Shown here: in pieces, positions 1 to 11,286 of the stretch | How positions within the stretch are numbered: the stretch's first letter is position 1 | Layout of the letters: each line of letters starts with the position of its first letter | DNA from: Phoronis australis | Lineage: Eukaryota; Animalia; Phoronida | Assembly: GCA_002633005.1 (NCBI GenBank) | Contig: NMRA01001228.1 | Location: 5,606-37,687, forward strand | Direction: 5' to 3' | DNA: 32,082 bases | The notes under the pieces: model-generated | Databases searched by the model: none | Told to the model about the DNA's origin: nothing | Seen by the model: the letters and a program-made list of their open reading frames with translations, nothing else | Program-made: the position numbers and the translations under genes

Positions 1-870
1 CAGAACGTCGTACGAGATGGAATCGCTTCCTGGGCTGCTGTTTTTCTTACACTTAGAAAGTGTTCGCCTGATCTCAAATGGCTTTATTTCAGCAAGCATT
101 TGGTGGTCATCTCCGCGTTCTTGCGTAATTGTGTTAAGGGTATTGAACAGATGTGCTTTTCGGACCATTGCACAGTCCACGAGGCGTTTTGTCATATTGC
201 AGAAGATCGGGCCTTCGTGCATCCTGTGGGTTCTCTCTAGAGTTTTGGCAAACACTGTGGCCTTGTCTGAGTTAGAGGAAGCAGTTTTGTTGTCATGAAT
301 CAGTGGTTTTGCACTCTGGTGGTTGCGAGTGCCCGTGCCTGTAATCCTCTTAAAGGCCTGCCAAAAACCTTTGCCCCTTTCCTTATTAAGAGATTCACAG
401 TATTGCATGTACGATTACCTTTTCTCCTGCTTGACAGCGTTCTCGACGCGTCTTTTCAGTACGTTATAGATGTTACGGTAGATCGGGTTGTCAGGGTAGA
501 CCTGGGTCTTGCACCTGATTTTCCGTTTCAGCCGGATAAGCATCAGTGTGTCTGCTGAGCACCGCCATGTGAATGGGCGTATCTTCACAGTGGTACAGTT
601 TTTATCCAATGCGTTGTTTATAGCATTGCTTAGCGCTTGAGAGGCGTGATCAATATTGGCTGGAGTGCGGAGTGGGCTCTCCGTACTAATTATGTTGGTC
701 TCCACATCCCTCTGAAATTGTTGCCAGTTGGTTTTCTTAAATGAGCGCTTGTAAGCGTGAGGGAGGGAGTCGAGCCGGCCTCTGGCGTTATCTAGTTTCA
801 CGTGTACCGGTAGGTGGTCACTCATGAGGTCGCCCCTAACCTCGCATTCATGCACTGAGCTGAGTAGACC
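1..870 (-). mobile_element. 5'-truncated LINE ORF2 (Jockey/I-like): end of APE endonuclease, tether, start of RT; runs off the window
   Basis: ORF 415-855 has the endonuclease motif MSDHLPV and FKKTNWQQF. After one in-frame TAA (415-417) the same frame stays open to base 1: ...GFWQAFKRI...DKATVFAKTLE...EIRRTLSKCKKNSSPGSDSISYDVL, the K.K.SPG.D.I motif at the start of LINE RT. Confidence 0.85.
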
Positions 871-1023
871 CCGACGCCGACGGTTAACCGTTTTATTGAT
901 TTACCTAGTTTTAGTTTCTGCGTTTGCCGCCAGATGTCACTACGTCCAGTAATACGGACATTTTTAGCACACGCGCTTCTTCGTTCGTGAGCGTTTTTGG
1001 CTCGCGCGCTTTTATCATATTAG

Positions 1024-1422
1024 GGCCGGGATCAAAATCTTTCTACTCGAAATAGAGCTCGAATTTGGCATTTTACGTTCAATTTGTGTGCACGTTCAAG
1101 ATAAAAAATTACTATTTTGTGCTCGAGTACATTATGGTCTTTATGAAAATGAGTTTCTAGTCCAAGTTCGCATTTAACCTCTAGATTTGAACTAAAAACA
1201 CGAGTAAAAACTCAATATTTCGATTGAAAACTCGAAATTCCGAGTTCAGACTTGAACTCTTAGCCTTAGTGCAAATTAAGTGCCATTTAGTGCAAATTAT
1301 GATTAGATAGTTATTCACGTCGAGTAAAGAACGGTGGACATTGAGTTAGCACAAACGTAGGGTAGAAAATATGAAATATCATTTCGAGTTCGATCTCCAA
1401 TAAAAATACTAGACAACGGGCC
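1024..1422. mobile_element. Putative PIF/Harbinger-like MITE
   Basis: Starts GGCCGG and ends CGGGCC, flanked by TAG on both sides (1021-1023, 1423-1425). Imperfect terminal inverted repeat of about 40 bp and many internal CTCGA/TCGAG motifs. Confidence 0.5.
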
Positions 1423-1604
1423 TAGATTTGTGGTTGACAATGAAAAACTGTGTGTTCAAAGACTCTGACCGGATACTTTAGTCAAAGTTTACTCCTTACG
1501 TCTTCAAAATAGTAAGTTAATATTTTCTATGTCCACGATCGGACAGTTGCTCAGTGGATTACTGAAAAAGACATCGACGACAAAGAAATCATTGGTTAAA
1601 CTGT

Positions 1605-1928
1605 TTTGCACTCAAATTCATTATATAAATATTTCAAGGAAAATGAAGCCTAACTTGTCTGCCAGCGGCAAGATTACAATACACGTGTTTTGGTCAAACG
1701 TAAATGAAACGACTTAATTTGAATGTCATGAAGAATAAATTTTATTTTCATGTAACAAGTCTCCGCTTTGCACTCAAATTCATTATATAAAGATTTCAAG
1801 GAAAATGAAGCCGAACTTGTCTGCCAGCGGCAAGATTACAATACACGTGTTTGGGTTAAACGTAAATGAAACGACTTAATTTGAATGTCATGAAGAATAA
1901 ATTTTATTTTCATGTAACAATTCTCCGC
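1605..1928. repeat. Tandem duplication, 2 x 162 bp
   Basis: 1605-1766 and 1767-1928 align end to end with about 5 substitutions. Confidence 0.95.
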
Positions 1929-2654
1929 CCCACATTACAAGATTAATATAACATGTATTGAAAGCCATATATCAAAATCCAACTTAATGCATACCAAGAA
2001 ACTTAGCAGTAACGCCGGTGTCCATTCTGTAGACGTAGAAATCTCGCAAAGGAAACTAGCGTGACCGCGTGCTTCCATGGTACCTTGCGAAGTCTTGCGT
2101 GATTTTGCGTTTTCCCGAGGTTCACTCATCTACGGAGCGCGCGCCCAGTGTTGGGCACACAGACACAACAAGAAGGACATCAATGTTATTTCTATGCTTT
2201 CCGTTGTCTAATTCTTTTGATTTTTCTAGCAAACATAAAATAGTTAATTTACACGACCATGAATGCGCATAAATAAACGTAATATTTCCGATTGTTTGAC
2301 ACGTTTATTACACGGGTTACTATAGACATGACCAATGCTGCGTAATGGAACTGTGAATTTTGTGAATTCACATAAATCTTTGTTAAAACAAACACAGTTC
2401 TGTTGGAGTACGTTTTAAGCTTCTAATGAACACAGTTCATTTCAAAGACAACGTTAAGACAATTGTCACTGTCAACACGTTTTGCATTGAACACTACTTG
2501 GTACGAACAAATTACAAATAATCAAACCATTCTCTTCTGTATTCTTATGGAAATATTGGAGATAAAACATTGTAATTGAGCAGCAATGAGCAATTTAGAG
2601 GTGTAAATTAAACTTGCTGACTACAACTGAAAGCTAAGCTACTGTGGTAATGAC

Positions 2655-3070
2655 ATGGGAATAAATGTTAAGCCATTCTCGCAGTTAAAACCAAAAGGTA
2701 CTTTAAAGCAGATGACGGACAGCTATCTTGTTCACTCTGTTCGTCGACACTAGGTAGCGTGCACGGCGCGGTTCTTACTCGGTCTGCAGGTAGACAATCC
2801 AGCAGAATGGAGAGGCTTGACCAAGCACCTTGGCCTACATTCTACAGCTGTTGACGTCACACCACCGTTTCTAGGTCACCATTATAATCTAGTACACTAA
2901 AACAACCCAAACAAACGCTTCCATCCCTAAAGAAATCAAAAGCAATGGTTTACAGAGCTAGATAGCTTTGAATTGGACTTCAAATATGAGTGAAACATTT
3001 ACCTTATTCCTGAATGTGAATTGTTTAATTTCAGAGTGGAGGACTTCAACTTATATTTGAATCACTCTCA
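2655..3070 (+). pseudogene. iGluR/IR-like amino-terminal domain remnant (copy A)
   Basis: One frame from 2803 reads GEA*PSTLAYILQLLTSHHRF*VTIII...KEIKSNGLQS*IALNW...LISEW...YI*IT. 2657-2862 is DNA-homologous to the reverse complement of 5015-5182 (copy B). Confidence 0.55.
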
Positions 3071-3099
3071 TGAGGATGGTGGAATACATTATCCTAAAC

Positions 3100-5185
3100 A
3101 TCAAGAAATGACGTCAGTTTTAATTAAACAAAACACAGAATGCTGTTGCATTGTGAAATATGATAAGGATATTTTAAATTTGTTTTGTACTTTCAAAACA
3201 ATGCAAGTTAAAGTAATTGTTGATGTTTCATCACTGTGATTGTGAAGTCATTCGAAACTCATTTTGACAGTTCACTTCCTTTTGTACTGCTAATGCTATT
3301 TTCAAACATGGGTACATCTTTGAAATGACAGAAAGTATGTATTATTTGATTATCCAATTTAACAGATTTTGTTTGTAATGATTGAATGGCCTATTATTTT
3401 GGACACATGGGTAATATTCCTGCCTCACAGATTGTACAGGCATTCTCATTATTCTAATTCAGTCAATTCTTACGAGAGCTGTAGTAAACTTCTCTTATCA
3501 ACAGCACTTCATTTCTTACCGACTCGGTTCTTTATCCACCGAGGATATAGCTTATCCTGTGAATGACGTATATTTCTCTTGAATATTCATGAGTTTTCTA
3601 TGGTTTGAGTTTATATTACTCCATAGCTAGAGTTCGCTTTTACTATTATGATTTGTTCAAAGGATTACTGATACTAGAAACTGAATTAGTAAGAAGGGGA
3701 TTGGTGATAAATGAGAAGGCTCACGCGAAATGTGAGGTATGCGGAAGGAAACTTGAATTTTAAGTTATCTTCACGTTGGGTGTAATATGTATTTCATTAT
3801 TAATAATGAGGTTGCATTGTAAAATCAGCCTTGTTGTTAAAACTAAACAAATTGTTATGTTCTACAGCTGTTTAATCTTTATGTGTTTCCAAATTGTAAA
3901 GACAAATGATCAATCCACAAATTTGTGTATGATAAAGAGCTCTCTCTAAAACCATACTGGACACATTAAATGGCATATCCTGGCAAGCCAATTCGACTAG
4001 GGCCTAGTATTGTTCAGTATCTGTCTCGCAACGACAAGCATTTAGCCTGAAAAAATCACGGGGTCTCACAGAAAATACACAACGATATCTCGCAAAATAT
4101 TGCTTTCCTAACAAGATTGCATTATTGAACTCGACCCCAGGTCTCAGCCAATAATCAAGCGCGAAATGTCACTCCTCTTGAAAACCTGAATTCTCCTATA
4201 AAATGACTAAAAGCAATTTGGGATGAATTTCATAATGGTTGGACAATTGGCAAAATCTCGGGCGGAACGTGGGTTTGTAACTGCTTTAAAAGCTGGTGTG
4301 GTTGCAGAGTCAGGAGGCACATGCTTCAAAAGGTTTGCAACGTTATAGGCGACAAATTAGATTCACCTCATTGCATAATTAAAAAAGCTGAACTATAAAC
4401 AGCTAGGTATAGGTAGAAACTTCTCACAGAAAAATACCCGACAGAATGTGTAATCTCAACAATATGGGGGATTATGTAACAGCTAAAGGTGAACCATCAT
4501 AGCTCTTTATGCATTTTTGACAAAAAGGATAAATTTTTATTATCCTAATTCACCTGATTTCAAAGGCACTCACTCAGTCGTGTTTGCCAAAACTCCAAGA
4601 CTTATATCGTTGAAACTGAAGTTTACCATATGGTGAAATGATTTATTATATTAAGTTTATTGGGTGAACGTTAAGTAGCAAGTATTGCACAATCAATTCG
4701 ATGACAAATTAGACTATTGAACAACAAAAATCGGCTTATTTGACCGACTTAGATGTCGGTCACCATGGTTACACAGTCATTGAATATACTCGCATTTAGG
4801 CCAAGCAACCACAACAGTTTTGTAGATTTTTTTAACGTTTTCATCTTGATTATTATATTTAATCAATGATTATTACAAAGGAGATTTTTAAACAGAGTTG
4901 ATTCAACGTCGGACACAAAGATTTCTTTTCCACACAAATTCGCCACTCATCAGGGACATACGCTTCCTGGTTCATGAACTTTCTTGACCTGTGGCAAGTC
5001 GCACTCCATGCGTGTGACGCAAGCAGCTGTAGAATGTACAGGGTCAAAGTGTCTGGTCAAGATTCTCCATACTGCACTGCATCTACTGTCGACGAACAGA
5101 TTGAACAAGATGGCGGGTCGGCATCCAGGCTCTCTATAGCACCCTTTGATTTTAGCTGTGATTATGGTTTAAACTTTGTCCCTGT
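3100..5185 (-). pseudogene. Decayed ionotropic glutamate receptor/IR-like gene (copy B): ATD, S1, S2 and M4-like remnants
   Basis: Collinear motifs. ATD: ES*PDTLTLYILQLLASHAWS (5065-5003), FVIIID (~4880-4862), FVAYNVANLLK (4356-4324), FIGEFRFSRG (4202-4173). S1: SYTNLWIDHLSLQFG (3932-3888), NNKADF (3838-3821), TQREDNLKFKFPSAYLTFRVSLLIY (3781-3707). S2: SFEQIIIVKANSSYGV (3664-3617), SQDKLYPRW (3562-3536), ALAVQ/KGSEL (3296-3268). Many stops and frameshifts. Confidence 0.75.
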
Positions 5186-5448
5186 AACTTGGTAAACGTT
5201 AATCAATATTAATTTTCTGGTTCTTGTCTTTCTCAGTAATGGACTATTCATTTTCACGAACCTCATCCAAAATATTGTTACAATCTTATTAAGTGTAACT
5301 AGAGATTGTACTCCCTACTGCGGGTTTGTCTCACAACAATTACGTGGAGAAGGGGGCTGGGGGATTGGCGACGGACAAGGGGGTCAGAAATTGACGAAGT
5401 TGAATTTTTCTAGTGTCAAAACTGTACCAAAGTTCTATGCCGGCTCCT

Positions 5449-6086
5449 GTCAGTCAATCAATCAGTGCCCGTCACCCCTACCAGGGTATAGGCCACGAAT
5501 CGGAGATTTCCATTTTGTTCTGTCCTGGGCGATTTATTCTAGCTGTCTCCATGAGTATCCTAACCTCCCCATGTCATCGGTGATGTACCTTCTCTCATTC
5601 CTGGTCTGCCTCTATTTCTTTTACCCTGTGGGTTTCACTTTAATGCGTGTCTGGTGGAAGTGCTACTTGTTGGTCTTCTTAGTGTATGTCCAATCCCGCG
5701 CCATTTCCTTCGGCCGATCTCCTCTTCCACTGGTGTCTGTCCTGTTCTTTCCCACAATTCTTCATTTCTTATCCTTTCTGGCCACTGTATCCTCAAAATT
5801 TTTCTCAGGCCTGAATTGACAAAAGTTTGCAGTCTCTCGAAGTTTGTTTTTGTATTTTTCCAGGTCTCTGATCCATATAACCCATATAACAGTACTGATT
5901 TCACGTTTGAGTTGAACAATCTCAATTTTGTTTTCAGTGAGAGTTTCCTAGCTTTCCATACTTTCATTAGTTGGTAAAATGCAGTTCTGGCTTTGGCAAT
6001 TCTTGCTCGTGTGTCAGCTTCGATCCCCCTTTTTATCTATCTTACTGCCAAGGTATGTGAAATGTTCAACTTCCTCCAGGCCCTGT
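5449..6086 (-). mobile_element. RTE-clade LINE, 3' fragment with tail
   Basis: LEEVEHFTYLGS...ARIAKARTAF...KTKLRLFNSNVKSVLLYG(LYG)SETW...WPERIRNEELW...IGHTLRR...AQDRTKW, followed by a (TTGA/CTGA)n tail at ~5449-5466. Carries a 9-nt duplication CCATATAAC x2 (5873-5890). Confidence 0.9.
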
Positions 6087-6099
6087 TAGTGGTGTGTAT

Positions 6100-6540
6100 T
6101 TATTGTGCCGTGGGGTGAGCATCTCTGCCGAAGACGTACAAAAACTACTCTTGAAACCTATTTTGTCCCACTTCACGATTCCTACTTTATCATAATTTTT
6201 GTGAAGAAAATATCACCACACTCTCTCTCCTACTCTTTGATTTGAAAGAAGTTGAAGACATATATCTATCCCTTATTTAGCGTAAACGTCAAATTGCTCC
6301 AGGTGTTTGTAATGGAAGGTAATATCATTATCCCAGTATGTTTTGGCTATTTTGACCTTTTTAACTCTTTTATTTAACATGAGTGACTTCGTTTAAATTG
6401 TGCATGTTAGGATGACTGAGACAAATATTTTTGATCAATAAGGACACGAAGTACATGAAGTTTAAATTTCTACATTTTGTCACTTCATTTACGAACAACA
6501 CGACTGTAGCATCCATAGAAATTATTTCCTTATATAAACA
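6100..6540 (+). pseudogene. iGluR/IR-like ATD remnant (copy I)
   Basis: LLCRGVSISAEDVQKLLLKPILSHFTIPTLS* in one frame (6100-6195), then VKLLQVF / WKVISL (6288-6330). Matches the C.LL..GV / IP.IS / LL..F.W order of the ATD. Confidence 0.5.
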
Positions 6541-6929
6541 CGACGTACGTGTCCGATAAACTACGATTCACTGACTCACAAACCAAGCTCAACGACCGCT
6601 AAAGACGGCTCCGGATTCTCTTACACTGCTTGCGCAAGCAAAACTACAACTCCCAGTCAGTCTTTTAAATGAAGTAAGCATGCTTTCGCTCTGGTGAACC
6701 ATGTTTTTAACTCTTTTTTTTTATTTATTTTCATGCAAATGAAAATTAACTACCGTGCCGATCCTAAAAACACAAAAACATAAAAAAACGACTTGAAACA
6801 AATACGAGAGGTTATTAAATACGACTGCTTCACACCTAAACGCAGTTCGACCACATAAACATACGTTTATTTTGATTAAATTTGCGTATAAATACCTGAC
6901 TAAAGTGTTAACCTTTACAGTTGGTGGGT

Positions 6930-7330
6930 GTACGTTACACTGATTAGCTATGCGCGCTCTAACACCTGTTCATCTCGCTGTGATTTTTCTGCATGGGTGT
7001 TTTGTTGTACAAAATGTCAACGCAAGAAGCAAGTAAGTCAATTTTTATTTGCTATAAGTCCACGTGGTAATCAATGTACCAAAGCGACGCCGACGGCAAT
7101 GCGGTGCATTGTGTTTGGTGATGGACCATCTTTCGTCCAAACTCAGATTTCTGCACGATAACACGCAGTATTAACTTCATACGTATTTAATTATGATGGA
7201 GCTCAGGCACTCACAGGCGACAAAAGATCAGTTGTGTCTCATTACTTGCACACTTTGATGGCTCTGCAAAAATTATTGTGTTGTATCGCTGTTTAGTACC
7301 AAATATCTCGTTTTAGTACAATTTTAACAA
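6930..7330 (+). pseudogene. iGluR/IR-like ATD remnant (copy L)
   Basis: SQFLFAISPRGNQCTKA (from 7036) and SAKIIVLYRC (7263-7292), in ATD order. Confidence 0.45.
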
Positions 7331-7489
7331 CGCAAACGTGAAAGCGCGCGTGCCTCCAAACATGCTGAACCATTTACAGCTTGCACACAACACTTCGTTT
7401 TCAAGAATAATAGAGCAAGTGATGGGTTACGCTACAAACTAAATTAGTAGTATTGCGAGTAAAGCAATGTCATGCAGCACTATACCAAG

Positions 7490-8815
7490 AGCCCAGTTTC
7501 AGCAGTACTTGCTTGGTTAGTCTTGATCACATCACTATGTCTGAACGAAGGCTGGTCTCGACTACTTCTTATACAAAACCAGTCGCTTATGCAGGTCCAC
7601 CATTAACGTCAATCCGCCCCTGTTTTATCCAAAATATCGCTTCTTTCATGTTGTTTCCAAGTGTCACCTCCTTCACGTGGGAAACCAGTGAATCTTGTAC
7701 CTCGCGTCACCCTTTGGTCCTTCTTCAGCTCCTTCTCCAAGTGTACCACTACCGTTCCTAAGACTTTATCGTGTGGCCAAGTGTACCGCCCTCCTGCAAG
7801 AGCCACTGAACATGACGATAACACATTGCTGGTGCTTTGCACAACTCCACATGAGGGATCATCTGGGAGTCCCTACAAGTTTTTAGGGCTTGGTAGTACG
7901 TCGTAAACAGATCTCAGCAGAAACCTCAACCTTCCTGCATTGACCAGATTTCTTACCACTTAGCTGCTAACCTCTTTCTTCCTGTTGTAACTTTGACATT
8001 GGCTTGCTGAATCTTCTCATGGCTGCTATTCCTGAAAGTCATCACCTGAGGCACCTTCCCCAATTTGTATTTTTCCACCACTGAATAAAGAAGCAACTGA
8101 AATTTGGACCTTGTATCATACAATCTTATGTTGGTGAAAGTCCTGGGTACTCTAAGCTTCTCAGGTAAGCATTAATGAATCTCTCAATCCTCTCTGCTGT
8201 CGACATTGTCACATCGTAAATCATTAGTGGCCACGATATTAGGGGTAATACGCCTTGTTGGTGTATAAAAGATTTGTATTTACCTGGCAGGCTACACTTG
8301 CCCACCAATGTCATCCATTGCTCCACCTGGCCTCTAACAGCTAACACGTTGACCACACTCTTTACTGGTATCTGCGAGACTTTTAGTATGATATTGTCAC
8401 CGATCACCTCGCCATTTTTTTAGCACCAGGCTTCTTGATTTTGATGCTTTGAACTTCATCCTTGCCCAGTCAATTGCTTCCGTAAGGACCTGTAACATCC
8501 ATTTCCTCTCAATCCATGAATGCTCTGGCCAGCGGTTGTTTGACTCCTGATCCCATCCAAGGCCCTCTGTACTTCTTTTCAAATGACTTCACCAACAAGT
8601 TCATTGCTGTTGAAAACAGTATCACAGACGCTGTGATGATTCCGACTTTTAGCCTCTGCCACCTTGCTATGTAGTCACCACGCGAGAACCTCATCTTCAA
8701 ATTGTCGAAATGAGCTTGCAACATCACTTGAATCTTTGCTGTAATTTTGTAATTCTGTTGACTAAGCATCACAAGCTTGCGCGCAATTGAGCAACACGCA
8801 TGCGCAAGAACTAAT
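7490..8815 (-). mobile_element. Hero-clade (RLE-type) non-LTR retrotransposon, decayed RT + Zn knuckle + RLE
   Basis: WQRLKVGIIT..SVILF..AMNLL, ARAFMD*, WARMKFKASKSRSLVLKK, LPGKYK...GVLP..WPLMIY, RFLLRSVYDVLPSPKNL, VLSSCSVALAGGRYTWPHDKVL and TSLRSDIV (RPD motif). Frameshifted with internal deletions. Confidence 0.85.
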
Positions 8816-9179
8816 TTTGCAGAAATTATCTCAGTAACTATCAGTTACGTGTCTATGTCAGAGACTTTGCACTTTTGTTCAAGTGAGCTCTAATTATTTT
8901 TCACAAAATCTTCTGTGGAGCGTAAGAACAAATTTGTGACTGTGTTCTTCTTAGTCACTCTTCATAAAACAGACCCCTGGACTCGACTCCTTTGTCAAGA
9001 TTATTGTGTACTTAATGAAAGGTTGTAAGCAACAAAATCGATTTCAAGTTCGAGATTTCGAGTTCTTAAAAGTTCAAGTAAGCACGTTTAACGTTGCAGA
9101 CACCAGTTTTTGTTTCGGAACGATTATTTCATGAAAATTGCCCCCTCCTCCCCCCAACGTCAACCAAAATAATTTTCAG

Positions 9180-9650
9180 AAGCGATTGGAAACAATTTTA
9201 ATCTTTTTATTAGTTAACTGCAATTTTGGTTACAATATCGTTTTTACGACAGGAAATTTACCGCATTCGTGGGATTGTTGTTGGATGGGATATATTAACC
9301 TTGACCTTTATAAAGTAGTAATATGTGATTTTATTACAAATCACCAATTTTCGCTGTTGTCTGCCAGCCATTCGCTGAAATTAAGGCAGGTGACTTCACC
9401 AATAAAATACGCTTAAAATATTCCTAGATTGAAATGGGATTTAACCAAGCTAGTACTCCGTTTGACAGCGGCGGCGTAGGTTCCAAGGTCGAATTCGGGC
9501 TGGGTGGCTATCTTAGAAAACCACATTTCTCGACGTTAATTGTAACTGTAATAAGTGAACACCTTAGTTTAGCTTATTATGGTTCTGTAACCACGAGGAA
9601 GCTGTCCCATCATAGCACGGGCCGTGTTAGTTGGGATGTGTCGCCCGTGG
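9180..9650 (+). pseudogene. Possible iGluR/IR-like ATD remnant (copy J)
   Basis: GNLPH...LYKVVICDFITNHQF (ORF 9138-9416), then LRKPHFSTLIVTVISEHLSL (ORF 9434-9679). Weak resemblance only. Confidence 0.3.
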
Positions 9651-9664
9651 GTATTTTCTCTAGT

Positions 9665-9980
9665 CGTAGGCGAATTTAGGGGGGGGGGGCAGAGGCGCGG
9701 ACCCCCTCCCCTTTGGCTGCAGCAAGGAAAATGAAACAGCAACAGCATGAAGTGTGAAGAAAAAGATAGCTTAGCAACCAGGGCCGTTAGCGGGTAGAGT
9801 GTCTAAGATCCCAGCGGAATCGTGTTCCCGTTTTTTTTCAATAGATTTTCTGAACGGAAGGTCCACATCCTCGGCCCCCTGAACTTTCAGGCCCCCTGTG
9901 AACATACAATCGCGCTTGGACCTTATTCCCCGAGGGCAACATGTTGGGTCCCCCCTTATGGTATCCTAGATCCGCCACTG
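9665..9980. mobile_element. MITE with CAGTGGCGGATCTAGG-type ends (hAT-like)
   Basis: Right end CCTAGATCCGCCACTG; degenerate left end CGTAGGCGAATTTAGG followed by a G-run. CTAGT directly flanks both ends. Confidence 0.6.
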
Positions 9981-10129
9981 CTAGTATGTTCTTGGGAAAG
10001 TAATTTACCCTCCCAGTTACCGCGCTTGAGGTTGCAGGACCTAAAACAGCACTTCCTTCAGTTAACCGTCCGAAAAAATAAAGGCAACTTTAATTGAAGA
10101 AAGAAGGCACTTCGGGACGTCATATATCA

Positions 10130-10530
10130 AAAATGGCTGCTGGGGTTCATACGTTTAGATACTACTATGGTTTATGCCCTGTTCTCCAAAACAAAGTTAG
10201 GTGTTGTTTTTAAAATGTTAAACCTTTGCATGAGGAGCTATAAAAAGGACACTTGCGATTTTCTAAAAAATATATCAATAGTTTCATCCAGAAAAACGAA
10301 ATGATATTTTAAAGAACTGTAACATGCTTTATGCGATCTCGTTCTGAACATTTATATGAAACCAAATTTGGACATGTTATTGGTACCGCTGTTTGGTTAT
10401 GCTTGTACATTTCTTTTTTGCTAAATTTTATAGAAAAGACACAATCACGTAACTCAACTAATGGGAAATTGGTAAAAAAGTTAGTCAAATACTGCAGGCG
10501 TCCTACTTTCATAAGTATATACTTTTATTG
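10130..10530 (+). pseudogene. Possible iGluR/IR-like ATD remnant (copy M)
   Basis: WFMPCSPKQS*V.../VFKML/TFA* resembles P....Q..V..ML..F.W, followed by LYETKFGHVI...LLNFIE. Weak. Confidence 0.3.
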
Positions 10531-11286
10531 AGTTAAAGTCAATAGTTTTGATGACCTTAGGCTAAATACAGAGTCTCGTAGTTAAGTTTATTAAAATGTT
10601 TATTATGAAAAACATAATGTACAATAATTGGAGTTCATCCCAGGTAGCGTTAGAAACCATTATATCTGGGACTCAAAAATATTACATTTATACCGATATA
10701 TACAGACAAATTCAAATGTTTACATATACATTTAAATGTACATATACAATTTCAACAAGAATTTTAATTCGTACAAGATCGCCATTATAAATGTGATTGC
10801 TTTTCATTTTAGATAAGTAATGTAAAAATAAAAATTATAAATTTAAAGTACGAAATGGACCACACTAGTTTACTCGCGAGATTCTTTCGTCTACTGTTGA
10901 AGTTGGTCCAATATTAAACTTTCTCCTCTTCGCGTTCTGTGGGCTCCGTTCTGTGGACTCAAGACACTCCCACGCACTGCGACATATCGCCTTGCGATCT
11001 CACCACCTTTACTCGCGAGTATGTTGAGTCTACGCGCCTGTGGTTTTTCTAATGTGATTCATAGATAGGTGCATGCGCCTAATTTCGGATATGAACTCAG
11101 TTTCAAGTATTGGCATATGGGCCTAAATAGACGCATATATGGCATACGCTTAATATTGATAAAAGTTGCATCTATTCAGTCTGAGTTTGCCATCATTCAA
11201 ACACTTTCTTTGTGAGAGTACACGCAGTGAATGAAATTTCAAAATTCCGACATGCAAGGTTTAATTGTTTGTTGTTTTTAATCGAA

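Noticed and set aside
4741-4762. Perfect 8-bp hairpin TGACCGAC-TTAGAT-GTCGGTCA
   Set aside because: Isolated, lies within pseudogene B, and has no supporting context; plausible by chance.
2655-5185. MyD88-like death domain + TIR pseudogenes (SVRRH..EWRGLTKHLG; DFNLYLNHSHED; LSP..ILPIV)
   Set aside because: Needs many frame switches, and the A/B substitutions are not synonymous-biased in that frame. Another frame gives the synonymous bias and a collinear iGluR ATD-S1-S2 series.
17-8772. Plus-strand ORFs 17-298, 295-558, 5391-5819, 5654-5977 and 7453-7906
   Set aside because: Antisense shadows of the minus-strand LINE fragments.
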